Position numbers and translations under genes: made by a program. Source: Escherichia phage phiWec181. From it: DNA of 64,000 nt. Shown in pieces: positions 9,712-17,817 of the stretch. The stretch lies in sequence record LC739534.1, one strand, 5' to 3'. Every line of letters begins with the position of its first letter. Positions within the stretch are counted from its first letter, which is position 1. Under the pieces are notes generated by a model that worked only from the letters and a program-made list of their open reading frames with translations, was not told the origin of the DNA and ran no database searches.

Positions 9712-10290
9712 ATGAGCAACCTATTTTACACAGGCGTGGGAAGTCGAGAGATAACCCACGAAGAATGGGATTTAATGGTCGCTGTAGCAAAGTGGTTGGC
9801 TAACTGTGGTTTTACTTTACGTTCAGGTAATGCAAACGGTAGTGACTCTGCTTTCGAAACAGGTGTGGAAGAATCCAAAAACAAATCTCTCAAGGAGATT
9901 TATATCCCTTGGGAGAAGTTTGAAGGCAATGATATTCCAGGTGAGAAAATAGTTCTTGCTAAACCTGACAGTATGAACTATGCTATCAGTCTCCAGTGGA
10001 TAAAGGATATTCATCCGGCATTTGATAAATTGAAACAAGGTGCACGTAAATTGCATCAACGTAACGTTCATCAGGTGTTGGGACAAGATCTGGAGCATCC
10101 AATTCCTTCTTTGTTTTTACTGGCTTGTTCCAAAGAAGATAAGAAGGGAGACGTTATGGGTGGAACACGGACGGCGTGGCTCATCGCTAAAGCTAATAAC
10201 GTTCCATGTTTTAACTTACGTGGTAAAACAAAGGAAGAACTTTATGCTTTTCTTAAACCGTTGGTCAAGGGGGCAATCAGTGGCAATTAA
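9712..10290 (+). CDS. SLOG/DprA-like Rossmann-fold protein (putative nucleotide-binding)
   Basis: GVGSREIT...LRSGNANGSDSAFETG resembles the DprA/Smf GxR...SGxAxGxDxAAH core; assignment tentative. Confidence 0.4.
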   Translation: MSNLFYTGVGSREITHEEWDLMVAVAKWLANCGFTLRSGNANGSDSAFETGVEESKNKSLKEIYIPWEKFEGNDIPGEKIVLAKPDSMNYAISLQWIKDIHPAFDKLKQGARKLHQRNVHQVLGQDLEHPIPSLFLLACSKEDKKGDVMGGTRTAWLIAKANNVPCFNLRGKTKEELYAFLKPLVKGAISGN

Positions 10291-10804
10291 GTTAAATCGT
10301 GCAAACGTAGGTAATCGTTTTAACCTTAGCCGTATAAACGAGGACGTAGATGTTACAGCAGATATTGAAAAAATCATGCAGGGTATTGTCCATCACGGTT
10401 TGCGTTTTGCCAGGGATTTGGTAATCTTCCGTTATGACGGAGAAGATGATCGTTCAAAGAATGATGGGATTATCTTCGTAGATAAAGATTTAACCCAAGC
10501 AGATATTGAACAGATCAACCGTTATTTTATTGGTGTAGGGGATCTTCAAGACACGCAGCTTGCACGTATGGCAGAAATTCTGGCGAATAAATTGTTGCAA
10601 GATATCGGAAAAGTTCTTGACAAAAATCCAAAACATGTTATAGTGACTATCCACAAAATGAGTTTTATTAAGTATCTTAACAAACCTGGTAAACTGGGTT
10701 ATGGATGGATACGCACAAGTGGACCACAAACCACTCTCGAAACCGAGATGTGCTATACAATTGAAGAAGTAAAACGTGAGGAGGAAGAGAATGGCGGAAT
10801 TTAA
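10280..10804 (+). CDS. hypothetical protein (~174 aa), GTG start
   Basis: In frame with ORF-track 10040..10804; GTG at 10280 preceded by AAGGGGG and placed just before the upstream stop; longer version would overlap upstream gene. Confidence 0.4.
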   Translation: MAIKLNRANVGNRFNLSRINEDVDVTADIEKIMQGIVHHGLRFARDLVIFRYDGEDDRSKNDGIIFVDKDLTQADIEQINRYFIGVGDLQDTQLARMAEILANKLLQDIGKVLDKNPKHVIVTIHKMSFIKYLNKPGKLGYGWIRTSGPQTTLETEMCYTIEEVKREEEENGGI

Positions 10805-11081
10805 TGAAGTGAAAAGTTACGAAAGCAATTTCGTAAGCAATTGGGAAGCATGGGATGAGATGGGTGTTGGTGAACTCTATTTCTACAATGTAACCCTTCG
10901 TCCAGAATATCAACATCTCATTCCAGAAGGCACTGTGCAGATCGGTATGTTCATGTCTTCTCAAGACGGTGTTGTGCAGTTTGAGTTTTACTCTGACACA
11001 GAACAGAACGAATTCACTTATCGTGCATTCAATATCGTATTAGCTTTAGGAGAGGAGAAATTTTATGACGACGAAGTATAA
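10791..11081 (+). CDS. hypothetical protein (96 aa)
   Basis: SD GAGGAGGAAGAGA upstream of ATG 10791. Confidence 0.45.
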   Translation: MAEFNEVKSYESNFVSNWEAWDEMGVGELYFYNVTLRPEYQHLIPEGTVQIGMFMSSQDGVVQFEFYSDTEQNEFTYRAFNIVLALGEEKFYDDEV

Positions 11082-11262
11082 AACAGTAGCAGAAGCACTG
11101 AAAGCAGCACACGAAGCCATTGCAGAAGCTGAACAATTGGCTGATGAAACTGGCACAAGTTTTCACTTCTCTGTTGAATATGGGATGGGTGGTACTTATG
11201 ACCCAGAAGATGAGAACGAATACACTGGGACCAACTGGCACCCATCTTCCCTCGGTTGTTAA
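11065..11262 (+). CDS. small protein, paralog family G (N-terminal helix, C-terminal Cys)
   Basis: SD GGAGAGGAG upstream; shares architecture with the next two ORFs. Confidence 0.45.
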   Translation: MTTKYKTVAEALKAAHEAIAEAEQLADETGTSFHFSVEYGMGGTYDPEDENEYTGTNWHPSSLGC

Positions 11263-11276
11263 TAAGGAGAAATAAA

Positions 11277-11495
11277 ATGAGTGATCGTAATGCACAAGCA
11301 TTAGCAGACAAAGCAAAAGAAATCATGAAGCTTGTGGATGCACTGGCAGCAGAAGCAGAAAAGGAAGGTTTCGGTCTTAGCTTAGAAAACAATACAATCT
11401 GTTTTGAAGATTGGCAGTCTTCTGCTTGCTATGGCGAAGCTGATGATGGTTTCACCGTTGACTCTGACGGTGTTTGGTATAGCAGTAATTGTTAA
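11277..11495 (+). CDS. small protein, paralog family G
   Basis: SD AAGGAGA upstream of ATG 11277; Ala/Glu-rich N-terminus, ends ...WYSSNC. Confidence 0.45.
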   Translation: MSDRNAQALADKAKEIMKLVDALAAEAEKEGFGLSLENNTICFEDWQSSACYGEADDGFTVDSDGVWYSSNC

Positions 11496-11504
11496 GGAGG
11501 GATC

Positions 11505-11774
11505 ATGTCAGAAGGTAGTGCCTTAATCAAGGCAAAAGTTAAAGAGATGGAAGAATCACAACAGAAGTTCCGCAACGAGATTGAAGAGCTTTGTGAGCAG
11601 TTCCAAGAACAAGCGTGGATCGGTGATTACGGGAATGGGGAAACTTACTACCCAACAGGAACAAACGCAGAAGAACATTATCTCACCTATATCTGCGGAG
11701 ACTATGATATTGAGATTGACGAAAACGGTCTGATGACCGAAGGTCTTTGGGTGTCTTCCTCGGAAATGTGCTAA
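11505..11774 (+). CDS. small protein, paralog family G
   Basis: SD AAGGAGGG upstream; ends ...WVSSSEMC like its neighbours. Confidence 0.45.
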   Translation: MSEGSALIKAKVKEMEESQQKFRNEIEELCEQFQEQAWIGDYGNGETYYPTGTNAEEHYLTYICGDYDIEIDENGLMTEGLWVSSSEMC

Positions 11775-11782
11775 TAAATAAT

Positions 11783-11808
11783 AACCCGCTTCGGCGGGTT
11801 TTTTATTG
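11783..11808 (+). terminator. rho-independent terminator
   Basis: AACCCGC-TTCG-GCGGGTT hairpin followed by TTTTTATT. Confidence 0.65.
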
Positions 11809-11816
11809 TGTGAGTG

Positions 11817-11845
11817 TTGACAAGACACGAAGAACCTGGTAGACT
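11817..11845 (+). promoter_or_regulatory. sigma70-type promoter
   Basis: TTGACA, 17-nt spacer, TAGACT upstream of CDS 11874. Confidence 0.4.
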
Positions 11846-11873
11846 TGTCTCATCAACTAAGAGAGGAGGATAT

Positions 11874-12812
11874 ATGAAAGTATTAATCGGTAGTCGTGCG
11901 TTGGAAATGATTTGTCGTTCTCGTGGTGTAGAACTGTATCGTGCTTGCGTAGATCTGGATTACCTCTGCACTGAAGAAGAGTGGCAAGCAGAAGCCCAGA
12001 AATTCTCGAAAGATCGTTTCGTAGAAATTGTTGAACGTAAAGGTAACAAAGGGCATATCAAAATGATCGCGGGCGCTCATCTGGAATATGATATTGCACA
12101 ACCAGGCGACTCTACAGATGCTTTGATTCAATACATCAAAGAGAATGCAGATCATCTGCCGCGTATTGGTTATGATGTGGTCGCGCCTTTGGATGTTTTA
12201 TACCTTCTGAAGATGAGTCACCGTTTTAAGAAGGACAGTCCTCACTTCCTGAAAACAATGAAGGATATCCACTTCATGCGTAACCTTGGAGCGAAGATCC
12301 CTGAAGAGTTGGAAGATACATACAAACTGCGTCAGAAGGAGTCCTATAATTACGGGCACCCTAATCTGAACGTGAAAAGTAAAGATTTCTTCAAGGGTGA
12401 TGAAGTGCCTTATGTGTATGATCACGATAGCCTGCACAGAGTTTTAGCTGTAATGGAGGAACCAGCTTACACGAACTACCTAAAGGATGGTAACGAGGTA
12501 ATGACAAGTAAAGATAAGTTCTATGCTGTTGACGAAACTACCAGATTGCTTGGGGTGTTAGAGGAGAGTTTGGTTCTGGCTTCGGAAAGGTGTCTAATAC
12601 CTTTCAACTACAGTGTTACAGGGAAGAAGGCATTTCTTATGGCTTTGACTAAAGTTTGCACTTCTATCACATCGGGCTACTTTCGAGAATATGCTTATGA
12701 AAAGTTCTTCCTTGTGTGTAAGGTATACGATAATATGTATCCTAACGACGAGTGGGTGGATACGTTAAGACAAGCCATAGATAAGGGGGCTGTTGATGTA
12801 TATAAAGCATAA
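11874..12812 (+). CDS. hypothetical protein (312 aa), possible minimal nucleotidyltransferase fold
   Basis: SD GAGAGGAGG upstream; N-terminal LIGSRAL...VDLDYL loosely resembles the GS...DxD NTase motif (weak). Confidence 0.5.
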   Translation: MKVLIGSRALEMICRSRGVELYRACVDLDYLCTEEEWQAEAQKFSKDRFVEIVERKGNKGHIKMIAGAHLEYDIAQPGDSTDALIQYIKENADHLPRIGYDVVAPLDVLYLLKMSHRFKKDSPHFLKTMKDIHFMRNLGAKIPEELEDTYKLRQKESYNYGHPNLNVKSKDFFKGDEVPYVYDHDSLHRVLAVMEEPAYTNYLKDGNEVMTSKDKFYAVDETTRLLGVLEESLVLASERCLIPFNYSVTGKKAFLMALTKVCTSITSGYFREYAYEKFFLVCKVYDNMYPNDEWVDTLRQAIDKGAVDVYKA

Positions 12813-13407
12813 ATATTTAGGAATCACAGACGAAGACTCCAAAGATGGAGAATTCGTCTACACGATCACAGCAGCGAATGGATACTACCAGACCCGTATA
12901 GGGGGTTTATGGAGAGCTTTAAATGCGCGGGTAGGTAAGGGATCATACACAAACGTATGTGTAGATTTTAAAGATTTCAAAGAGTTTGCCGAGAGTGTAA
13001 CAATATTAGCCAATTATAAAACATTAGATAGTTATGGGAACCACTATCACTTAGATAAAGACTTAAAATGTTACAAGAAGGATAAATCTTACAACAAAGA
13101 TTCAGTGCTGTTTATCCCTGGGCACTTAAATACCGCCTTGAAAGGTGTGATCCCTTACTTGGAGTGTGGGGCTACTTGTGGAGTCAGTTTTAGTAAGATT
13201 CGGAATAAGTTTCGAGCCTACTGTAATGATGGCGGTAGTAGACAGATACATTTAGGGTACTTCGAAAGTAAAGAAGCTGCTCAAAAAGCTTGGGTATTGG
13301 AGAAGATAAATCAAATAAAACGTTCCTTAATCAAAGAGAACATCTCGGACGAAGATATTTTGTATTTTACGGGTGTTTTGATAAGCGATTTAGAAGGAGG
13401 TTATTGA
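12793..13407 (+). CDS. AP2-domain-like DNA-binding protein (possible homing-endonuclease relative)
   Basis: C-terminal GVSFSKIRNKFRAYCNDGGSRQIHLGYFESKEAAQKAW matches the AP2 pattern common in phage HNH/AP2 endonucleases; nuclease motif not evident. Confidence 0.4.
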   Translation: MMYIKHKYLGITDEDSKDGEFVYTITAANGYYQTRIGGLWRALNARVGKGSYTNVCVDFKDFKEFAESVTILANYKTLDSYGNHYHLDKDLKCYKKDKSYNKDSVLFIPGHLNTALKGVIPYLECGATCGVSFSKIRNKFRAYCNDGGSRQIHLGYFESKEAAQKAWVLEKINQIKRSLIKENISDEDILYFTGVLISDLEGGY

Positions 13408-13408
13408 T

Positions 13409-13807
13409 ATGGGTTGGTGTGATCAGTCACAAAGTTACTTCAAAGTGACACATGTGGATCTCAACAAGGCAAGAGTGAAGCTGTTGAGTATTGAAAAAGA
13501 AACAGCAGCTATTGACAAACGCCTCCGAGAGAGTAAAGTGGTAATCACTTCTTGGTTCGGACTGAAACGTAAAGTCCTCACGCAGCGAGAGCATGTAATT
13601 AAAAATATGCATGGTTGGGCTTGGTTCCACGACATGGCAAAACACCTGGGGTACATTTCTACTGAAGAACACGACCTCTTGGAGCTACGTTATCGCCTTC
13701 CAGATGTAGAAGATTTAGATTTGTGGATCAGTTCCGAACAAATCTTCTTAACCGAGAGCGATTGGAAGAAAGTCAATATTTGTCTTAAATGGAGGGAGAA
13801 TGAGTAA
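13409..13807 (+). CDS. hypothetical protein (132 aa)
   Basis: ORF with SD GAAGGAGG upstream. Confidence 0.45.
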   Translation: MGWCDQSQSYFKVTHVDLNKARVKLLSIEKETAAIDKRLRESKVVITSWFGLKRKVLTQREHVIKNMHGWAWFHDMAKHLGYISTEEHDLLELRYRLPDVEDLDLWISSEQIFLTESDWKKVNICLKWRENE

Positions 13808-14483
13808 AGTAGTTTTATCAACATTTGATGGATCTGGGATCATGGTACTTCGTTACGCAGAAGCGGGACATAAATGCTATTGTGTAAATGCTGACGAAGG
13901 TGATCACGGGGCTTATGAAGTTCGCATGGAACATCCTAACATCACTTACGTGAACGCATGGATTGATTCCAACTTCAACCCTGAAGATTACGGTATTCCT
14001 AAGCCAGATATTATCTTTGGCTTCCCTCCATGTACCATGCTTGCTGGTTGCGGTAGTAAGCACGAACGTAGCGCAGAAGAGTTGGAAGAAGCTTTGGCTA
14101 ACATTCGTATCGTGGAAGCTTTAGGAAATAAATACAACGTTCCGTGGATGATTGAGAATCCGGTGGGTAAACTGTCAACATTGTGGCGTAAACCGGATTT
14201 CTATTTCGATCCTTACGAATATGGCGGATATCTGTTTGATGAAGAAGGCAGCTTCCACCCTAAAATGCCTACCCGTGACGGTTACACAAAGAAAACCTGT
14301 ATTTGGCATGGCAATGGTTTTGTTAAGCCTGTGAAGAAGCCTGTGGAACATATTGGTTGCTTCTGGGGCTGGAAAAGTTTAGGCGGAGCAAGTGCGAAAA
14401 CAAAGCAACTCCGATCGTTAACTGCTCGCGGTTTTGCTCGTGCTGTGTTTTTATCTAACAACCTTTTAGATAAGGAGGAATGA
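13800..14483 (+). CDS. compact C5-methyltransferase-fold protein (motifs I, IV, VI only)
   Basis: FDGSG (motif I), GFPPC (motif IV PC) and ENPVG (motif VI ENV) in canonical order, but only 227 aa with no room for a TRD or motifs VIII-X. Confidence 0.5.
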   Translation: MSKVVLSTFDGSGIMVLRYAEAGHKCYCVNADEGDHGAYEVRMEHPNITYVNAWIDSNFNPEDYGIPKPDIIFGFPPCTMLAGCGSKHERSAEELEEALANIRIVEALGNKYNVPWMIENPVGKLSTLWRKPDFYFDPYEYGGYLFDEEGSFHPKMPTRDGYTKKTCIWHGNGFVKPVKKPVEHIGCFWGWKSLGGASAKTKQLRSLTARGFARAVFLSNNLLDKEE

Positions 14484-15148
14484 TGACCCATTTAAAACCT
14501 TTTGGTGGAAAACCTATTGTGGCGTATCAAGTAGATCGTGATGATTGGGAAGGCAGTGTAGTTGTCTTTGGTAATCATTTCTTTGCTGTGCGTCGTAAAG
14601 GCGCAAGCATGTTAGATTGTGAGGAGGAGTATTGTCATGTCTCCCGTGCCAAAGAATTCGACCAGTATGTAGAAAAAGGTTTTGTGCCTGTCAAAGCTTT
14701 ACTGGAGGCAGGATGGTGGATACACTCTGCTCATGATGGTGTTAGACTTGACGAGTCTGTAGATAGTCTTGAGGCAGATTTTGACGAATGTGAAGATGGC
14801 ATGTATATTGAGGGGGATCTTGTATTTTCCCTTGACGAGAAAAGTGTGTGGAAGAACTGGGAAGAAATGGAACGTCACGCGCATTTTATCAATGATGCTT
14901 TGATTCGTAAAGCTTGGTTCACGGAGGCGGTGAAGGTAGCGTATCCGCAATTCACCTTTACAGAGGTTTGGGGCGGTCCACACCACATCACCCATACAGC
15001 ATTTTTCGACTTCCCTGGTTCACGTTACAAAGGTAATGTAATGTGGGACTGGGATGAGAATGAAGTACCATCTGTTCAAGACTTTCGTTGTTATGTTTGC
15101 CAAGGCGATCAAGAAGCCCTTGACAAATACCTGCAAAGTCTGGTATAG
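14480..15148 (+). CDS. hypothetical protein (222 aa)
   Basis: SD AAGGAGG upstream; start overlaps previous stop. Confidence 0.5.
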   Translation: MMTHLKPFGGKPIVAYQVDRDDWEGSVVVFGNHFFAVRRKGASMLDCEEEYCHVSRAKEFDQYVEKGFVPVKALLEAGWWIHSAHDGVRLDESVDSLEADFDECEDGMYIEGDLVFSLDEKSVWKNWEEMERHAHFINDALIRKAWFTEAVKVAYPQFTFTEVWGGPHHITHTAFFDFPGSRYKGNVMWDWDENEVPSVQDFRCYVCQGDQEALDKYLQSLV

Positions 15149-15164
15149 TGCCAGCATCTGAACA

Positions 15165-15194
15165 AAGCCTCCTGCTTCAGGGGGCTTTTCTTTT
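15165..15194 (+). terminator. rho-independent terminator
   Basis: AGCCTCC...GGGGGCT hairpin followed by TTTCTTTT. Confidence 0.5.
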
Positions 15195-15206
15195 ATGGGA
15201 GGAAAT

Positions 15207-15701
15207 ATGTTTCAAGTAGAAATTCATGTGCACAACAGTTGTTCAAATTGCGAAACTTGTGGTTACAATAGTTCAACCATGATCACTGTTAGCGGAGACT
15301 TAGGACATGCCAAGTTTGGCGAAGTCGCAAGCTGCTTCAGCGGAGAGGATGCAGATTGGCATGATATTGCTTTGTGGCTATGCGGAAGACTGAATGTAAA
15401 TTGTAAAGACTTCCCTGAACTGTTGAGCCGAAATCTTATTGATAGTCGGGAACAAGCCTACAATATTTATGCCGCTTCTGTTTATGTTGATCATAAATGG
15501 GTAGAAGATGAAGAAGCTGAACGTTTGCTGCGCCTCTACTACGAAGCAGAGGAAGCTTATGATAACTATTATAGCATGTCCAACATTCTACGCTTGTTTG
15601 CAGAGTTTGATATTTACTTTGAAGTGAGTTATTCTGAAGAGGAAGTGTATGATTTTGATGACGATGATTACGAGGAGGATGAAGAATGCCAAGACGATTA
15701 A
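15207..15701 (+). CDS. hypothetical acidic protein (164 aa) with N-terminal Cys cluster
   Basis: SD GGGAGG upstream of ATG 15207; CSNCETCG motif; highly acidic C-terminus. Confidence 0.5.
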   Translation: MFQVEIHVHNSCSNCETCGYNSSTMITVSGDLGHAKFGEVASCFSGEDADWHDIALWLCGRLNVNCKDFPELLSRNLIDSREQAYNIYAASVYVDHKWVEDEEAERLLRLYYEAEEAYDNYYSMSNILRLFAEFDIYFEVSYSEEEVYDFDDDDYEEDEECQDD

Positions 15702-16486
15702 TAGTGATCAGCGGTGCTGGTCTAAGCGCCGATAGCGGTGTACGTACTTTCCGCACTGATACAGATAGCGGGAAAGCTTTGTGGGATGAATACGACCTTT
15801 CTGAAGTGTGCGATATTTTCAATTTCCGTGCTGGCTACCAGCAAGAACAATGTGTTCCTGGCGCTGCTGGTGGATTAGATGCAGAGGGATACAACCTCTA
15901 CCGTAAAACTCACGACTTCTACAATAAACGTCGCGTAGAGATGGATAGTGTGTCTCCTAACGCTGCGCATTACCAGATCGCAGAGTGGTTCCAAGAGTAC
16001 GGCTGCGATCGTGTTATCAACATCACAACAAACGTAGATGATCTTCTGGAACAAGCAGGGGTTGTTCATGAAGATGTTCTGCATGTTCACGGCTTCCTGC
16101 CTGAAGTGATTGTAGACAATAGAATCATCAAGGATGTTGGTTATGCTGCTATTGATGTAGATGATTACAAGTATGTGAAGCCCAATGTAGTGTTCTTTGG
16201 GGAGACTGCCCCACTGTATAACGATATGTACCACATCTTAGACGGCTTGACGGCTCAAGATATGGTGGTTGTAGTGGGCTGCTCTAATCAAGTGATCAAC
16301 TTCAACTGGGATTTGTTCCCAGCCCTCAACATAGGAACAAAGATGGTCGTAGTTAATCCTGGGGTTAATTACGAAGAAACACTTCTCTATGAAGATCGTG
16401 GAGTTTTTGTTTACCGAGAAAAAGCTGCAACAGCCTTCAGTAATGAAGGTTTCATTAAAATGATCGAAGACCACTTAAACAAATAA
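15686..16486 (+). CDS. SIR2-family (sirtuin-like) NAD-dependent protein
   Basis: N-terminal VISGAGLSADSGVRTFR matches sirtuin GAGISxxSGIPxFR; HVHGF resembles the catalytic His region. Confidence 0.7.
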   Translation: MPRRLIVISGAGLSADSGVRTFRTDTDSGKALWDEYDLSEVCDIFNFRAGYQQEQCVPGAAGGLDAEGYNLYRKTHDFYNKRRVEMDSVSPNAAHYQIAEWFQEYGCDRVINITTNVDDLLEQAGVVHEDVLHVHGFLPEVIVDNRIIKDVGYAAIDVDDYKYVKPNVVFFGETAPLYNDMYHILDGLTAQDMVVVVGCSNQVINFNWDLFPALNIGTKMVVVNPGVNYEETLLYEDRGVFVYREKAATAFSNEGFIKMIEDHLNK

Positions 16487-16493
16487 ACCAACC

Positions 16494-16518
16494 AAGGGGC
16501 TACGGCCCCTTTCTTATT
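16494..16518 (+). terminator. rho-independent terminator
   Basis: AGGGGC-TACG-GCCCCT hairpin followed by TTCTTATT. Confidence 0.6.
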
Positions 16519-16529
16519 AGGAGATTACT

Positions 16530-16802
16530 ATGCAACAAGAAACTTTCGATTTTTATCTCGCCAATTACGTCTACTACTTCTCTAATGGTACACAGAAAGG
16601 GGAAGGCAACCTTTACCTGGCTACCAACACTGGAGCAGGTGTTCGTAAAGCCAATATTGATTTAGCAAGAGAAACAGTTCGCTCTGGACTGGAAGAGACG
16701 CTTGAAACTCCCGTTGTTGTGGTTATACAAACTATCAGTTACCTTGCAACTTGTACTAAAGAAGATTTTGAGGCTCCTCAAACGCAATCTAACGAAGCAT
16801 AA
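16530..16802 (+). CDS. hypothetical protein (90 aa)
   Basis: SD AGGAG upstream. Confidence 0.45.
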   Translation: MQQETFDFYLANYVYYFSNGTQKGEGNLYLATNTGAGVRKANIDLARETVRSGLEETLETPVVVVIQTISYLATCTKEDFEAPQTQSNEA

Positions 16803-16836
16803 AAGAAAGGCACCCAAGTGGGTGCCTTTTCTATTT
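16801..16836. terminator. bidirectional rho-independent terminator at convergent gene junction
   Basis: GGCACCC-AAGT-GGGTGCC hairpin flanked by A-run on left and T-run on right, between last + gene and first minus gene. Confidence 0.6.
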
Positions 16837-16871
16837 GAGAGCGTCTCTGTGCGATTTAAGGGGGTTCTCGG

Positions 16872-17102
16872 CTATTTGTGAAGTGCTCTCTCGTACAACT
16901 CGATAATCAACTCGTCTTCGGCAGTAATACGGGCCATTTGATCTGTCTTCAGGATTGCTGGTTGGTAATGATGCATTTCACTGCTCAAGATACACTCCCA
17001 CTCATCTTCCCCTACTCTCTCACCTACGTGAATCTTCACAGGATACCAGAAAGGATTGTCCACCAGGAATGCCATACAACCTTCTTCGATTTTGCTCAAC
17101 AT
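16872..17102 (-). CDS. hypothetical protein (76 aa)
   Basis: SD AAGGAGA upstream of ATG. Confidence 0.5.
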   Translation of the reverse strand: MLSKIEEGCMAFLVDNPFWYPVKIHVGERVGEDEWECILSSEMHHYQPAILKTDQMARITAEDELIIELYERALHK

Positions 17103-17123
17103 AGTAATCTCCTTTGTTCAGAT

Positions 17124-17148
17124 ATGAAAAAACCCGCCGAAGCGGGTT
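17124..17148 (-). terminator. rho-independent terminator
   Basis: AACCCGC-TTCG-GCGGGTT hairpin followed by TTTTTT on minus strand. Confidence 0.6.
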
Positions 17149-17192
17149 CATGTGCTGCGGTAGGATCAGTATCCTACAACACGAATTGTTTG

Positions 17193-17477
17193 TCAACGTT
17201 TGGAGTAGAAAAACTCCTCATATTCTGATCGTGTGACTATTGCTGGGCGACCTTTAGTGCCGAAGAAGTTTGCGCTTGGGCCTTGTGCCATACCTTTATT
17301 GAACAAGCAGTAATCCCCACGCATATAAATCCCAGAGAATGTTTCAACAACATCGTATTTGCCAACGCTGGAGAACTTAATTTCTCCATCTGCATCTCGA
17401 ACTGCGATCACAGCTTGTTCAGGCCATTCTTCGTTGAGAGCTTTAAGACCGTTGTAAACTTCTTGTACGAGTTCCAT
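17193..17477 (-). CDS. hypothetical protein (94 aa)
   Basis: SD AAGGAGG upstream. Confidence 0.5.
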   Translation of the reverse strand: MELVQEVYNGLKALNEEWPEQAVIAVRDADGEIKFSSVGKYDVVETFSGIYMRGDYCLFNKGMAQGPSANFFGTKGRPAIVTRSEYEEFFYSKR

Positions 17478-17486
17478 ATTACCTCC

Positions 17487-17660
17487 TTAAAGTACGATTT
17501 TTTCTTCGTCTGGTTTGTCATAATTTGGAGAGTAGACATGTGAAGGGTTGAAACCCTTGAAGCTACCACGTCCTTTACGAGGACAGTTGAAAGTACGAGC
17601 CTGATGATCACCGAAAGACTTACCACAATGCACACATTTGAAGTTGGTAACTTTATTCAT
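17487..17660 (-). CDS. small zinc-ribbon-like protein (57 aa)
   Basis: SD AAAGGAGAAG upstream of ATG 17660; CVHCG...CPRKG Cys pairs; ORF-track start 17690 lacks SD. Confidence 0.45.
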   Translation of the reverse strand: MNKVTNFKCVHCGKSFGDHQARTFNCPRKGRGSFKGFNPSHVYSPNYDKPDEEKIVL

Positions 17661-17715
17661 GTTCTTCTCCTTTAGGTTAATAGGCTGCACCTATTAAGAT
17701 GCAGCTTTTGATAGA

Positions 17716-17817
17716 TTACTTAGATGAGTCCAGAATATCTTTTACTTTGGCGATGATAACATCTTGATACTTATGGATGTGATATCCTACTACTAAACCT
17801 ACGATAAATGCAATCAT
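17716..17817 (-). CDS. small hydrophobic peptide (33 aa)
   Basis: MIAFIVGLVVGYHIHKYQ...; SD GGAGAAA upstream; TAATG overlap with upstream gene; not in ORF track. Confidence 0.3.
   Translation of the reverse strand: MIAFIVGLVVGYHIHKYQDVIIAKVKDILDSSK

Noticed and set aside
10040-10279. 5' extension of ORF 10040..10804 overlapping the previous gene
   Set aside because: The extension overlaps the 3' third of CDS 9712..10290 in another frame and has no SD; a GTG with SD at 10280 sits just before the upstream stop.
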